Shown here: positions 16,810-18,680 of the stretch, in pieces
Layout: every line of letters starts with the position of its first letter
Numbering within the stretch: the stretch's first letter is position 1
Source of the DNA: an uncultured Oligoflexus sp.
GTDB lineage: Bacteria > Bdellovibrionota_B > Oligoflexia > Oligoflexales > Oligoflexaceae
NCBI GenBank assembly: GCA_964236955.1
Contig: CAXSGP010000092.1
Coordinates: 1-18,680, forward strand
Direction: 5' to 3'
Length of the DNA: 18,680 nucleotides
Made by a program: the position numbers and the translations under genes
Notes under the pieces: model-generated
Told to the model about the DNA's origin: nothing
The model's input: the letters and a program-made list of their open reading frames with translations, nothing else
Databases searched by the model: none

Positions 16810-18591
16810 ATGCTACGACGAGCTCAACAAGCCCCTACCCTTGCATTGGTCCTTTTCACTTCACTTCTCACATGGCAGGCATGTTCTAAAGTAAAAGCGC
16901 CTGCCCAGGCACCCGACTCGCCGCCCGGGGAAAATGATGACTTATCGCTTACCGAATCCTATTCGACCAAGCTTACCGATGGTGGGGCCCTTCCGAAGGG
17001 CCTTACCGGGAAACACTCTTTGGAGAGCGGAAAGACCTGGCAATACATCTACGAAAAAAGAGAAGCTGAACTTGCAGCCTATATTGAAGCAAATCGTGAA
17101 GGGTATGAAGCTTTCACCAGCAGGGCGGTTGCCGCCAATGGGACGCCAGCCCTTTTCATACGACTTTTGCCGGAAATAATGCCAGAAATTTTTTCCGATG
17201 AAAAATTTGAGATCGCGACCGGCTACTATAAGAAAAATCCTAAGGACATTCTCCCGTATGGACTGGCCTTTACCAAAGCCCCGGCAAGTGCCGACGGCAA
17301 ACCCAGCCCGATGTTAGTCAATCTAACCTGCGGCGCCTGTCACACCGGACGAATCGCCAAGTCTGGAAAAGACTTTAAGCAATTGATTGGTGCTCCAAGT
17401 ACAGTGGCTGATGTGAACGGCTTCCGCAGAATACTTGGCGAAGCAGCCATGAACCCCAACTTCACCTTTGAGAAATTCAGGGCAGCACTTGTCACGAAGG
17501 CCGACGGTGAACTCTATGGCCCGGATAAAATTATGGAAGAGAGGATCGACAAAGCGATCTTCCTAGGCACCGCCAACACACCTTCATTTGGTGCGGCGAT
17601 GGTCCAGCAGTTTAAGACTGGCATTGCAGAGAGAACCGCTTATACGAGCAAAACTGCTGGTTCCTATACGTTTAAGGGCGATCTACGCTTGCTCGGCAGC
17701 AGCCCGGGGCACATCGATTTCCCAGTCGCGGTAGCATTGTCGGTGGCGCCACAGGCGGAAGTATTGGCCAACCCGGCTGCTGCTCTCGTCAAGTATTTTC
17801 CAGCCGCTCCAGGAATTGCCGACATCATGAGCGCATGGCGGCAGGACGAAAGAGTCTATGCTCAGTGGGATGGTAACCTCAAGGGCAAGCTCACCCGTAA
17901 CCTTGGAGCCGAACTCGGTATTGCCGGCGACCCCCGTGCGGTCAACTTCTCAAACGCGGTCACGACGACCGAATTTGTTGAAAAACTTCCAGCTCCTGCC
18001 TATCCATTTCCAGTGAATCTCGGAAAGGCTGCAAAAGGCCAAAGAATATATGATCGCGCCTGTGCTTCGTGTCATGAAAACGAAGAGTTCGTACCCGTGG
18101 CGGCGATTGGCACCGAACCGGGCCGCGCCAAAGGCTTAACCAAGGAAACGGGCCTCCTGTTGGTGGAAGCGCTCAAAATTGCTTGCTCGGACAAAAATTA
18201 TGCCGGTTGTAACATCGCCGATAATGAGATCTTCGTTCGGCGTGACGAGAATCCAGGATATATCTCCGTCCCCATGACAGGCATTTGGGCGCGGGCACCC
18301 TACCTCCATAACGGGTCGGTGCCAACGATCGCTCAGCTTCTGGTTCCCGAAACACGTCCCGAAATTTTTCAGTTGAACGACTTGAATTATGATCAGGCTC
18401 GAATCGGCTTTCAATCGGAAATCAAAGCTATCCAGGCTTCGGCAGGAAAGCGCGTCGTTCGCTACGACACCAAGATCCCAGGCTACGGAAACGCAGGACA
18501 TGCCGACCTCAAAATCTTTAATGGCGGTATCGACTTTAAAAAGCACCCTAAGAAACTTGAAGAACTTTTAGAATACCTAAAGACCAAATAA
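16810..18591 (+). CDS. Di-heme cytochrome c, RoxA/MauG-related, probable lipoprotein (593 aa from ATG 16810)
   Basis: CGACH (17329-17343), CASCH (18061-18075), GIWARAPYLHNGSVPT, YDT..PGYGNAGH and LLEYLKT; signal ending WQAC; AAGGA RBS before ATG 16810. Confidence 0.88.
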   Translation: MLRRAQQAPTLALVLFTSLLTWQACSKVKAPAQAPDSPPGENDDLSLTESYSTKLTDGGALPKGLTGKHSLESGKTWQYIYEKREAELAAYIEANREGYEAFTSRAVAANGTPALFIRLLPEIMPEIFSDEKFEIATGYYKKNPKDILPYGLAFTKAPASADGKPSPMLVNLTCGACHTGRIAKSGKDFKQLIGAPSTVADVNGFRRILGEAAMNPNFTFEKFRAALVTKADGELYGPDKIMEERIDKAIFLGTANTPSFGAAMVQQFKTGIAERTAYTSKTAGSYTFKGDLRLLGSSPGHIDFPVAVALSVAPQAEVLANPAAALVKYFPAAPGIADIMSAWRQDERVYAQWDGNLKGKLTRNLGAELGIAGDPRAVNFSNAVTTTEFVEKLPAPAYPFPVNLGKAAKGQRIYDRACASCHENEEFVPVAAIGTEPGRAKGLTKETGLLLVEALKIACSDKNYAGCNIADNEIFVRRDENPGYISVPMTGIWARAPYLHNGSVPTIAQLLVPETRPEIFQLNDLNYDQARIGFQSEIKAIQASAGKRVVRYDTKIPGYGNAGHADLKIFNGGIDFKKHPKKLEELLEYLKTK

Positions 18592-18626
18592 GAATTTTTT
18601 TTCGGGCCTTTCGCAGAGAATGTGGG

Positions 18627-18645
18627 TAGGGGCTGTTGACGTTTG
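18627..18645. mobile_element. Probable terminal inverted repeat of an IS/MITE-like element (TA followed by GGGGCTGTTGACGTTTG)
   Basis: Exact reverse complement of 37..55. It is followed by a degenerate inverted copy at 18652-18669 that forms a long hairpin. Confidence 0.6.
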
Positions 18646-18680
18646 GCTACGCCAACGTCGAACATCCCCAGTAACGCAGT

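Noticed and set aside
16088..16889. Short ORFs of 72-76 aa in the ART/cytochrome intergenic region
   Set aside because: They overlap promoter elements or gene starts and have no coding signature.
1..18680. CRISPR array, tRNA/rRNA, transposase or integrase genes
   Set aside because: No regularly spaced direct repeats, RNA-gene signatures or recombinase motifs were seen.

Overview
An 18.7-kb accessory-type region of a Gram-negative bacterium, probably Oligoflexia/Bdellovibrionota. This taxonomy is inferred only from gene content (TIGR02147/DUF4423 protein, DUF1592+DUF1552 pair, many orphan lipoproteins). Thirteen CDSs are supported: a TonB-dependent receptor, a secreted alpha/beta hydrolase, a YihY/BrkB protein, a BON-LysM (Kbp-like) protein, an HPt-fold protein lacking its phospho-His, an orphan lipoprotein coupled to a TIGR02147 HTH protein, a secreted dienelactone hydrolase, a lipoprotein metzincin, DUF1552, a DUF1592-family lipoprotein, a lipoprotein R-S-E ADP-ribosyltransferase and a RoxA-like di-heme cytochrome c. 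The main observations are: (1) a lipid-anchored ADP-ribosyltransferase with an atypical D-x-E loop, a basic-then-acidic tail and no adjacent immunity gene; (2) near-consensus sigma-28 promoters upstream of both the ART and the DUF1592/DUF1552 operon; (3) an L-x-L-[TA]-[EDG] motif in linkers or termini of four consecutive exported proteins; (4) a perfect 19-bp inverted repeat, resembling IS/MITE ends, at the two window ends; (5) a candidate palindromic operator for the TIGR02147-lipoprotein unit; (6) two terminators with related sequence. No rRNA, tRNA or CRISPR array was seen. All family calls come from motif recognition by eye, not from database searches.
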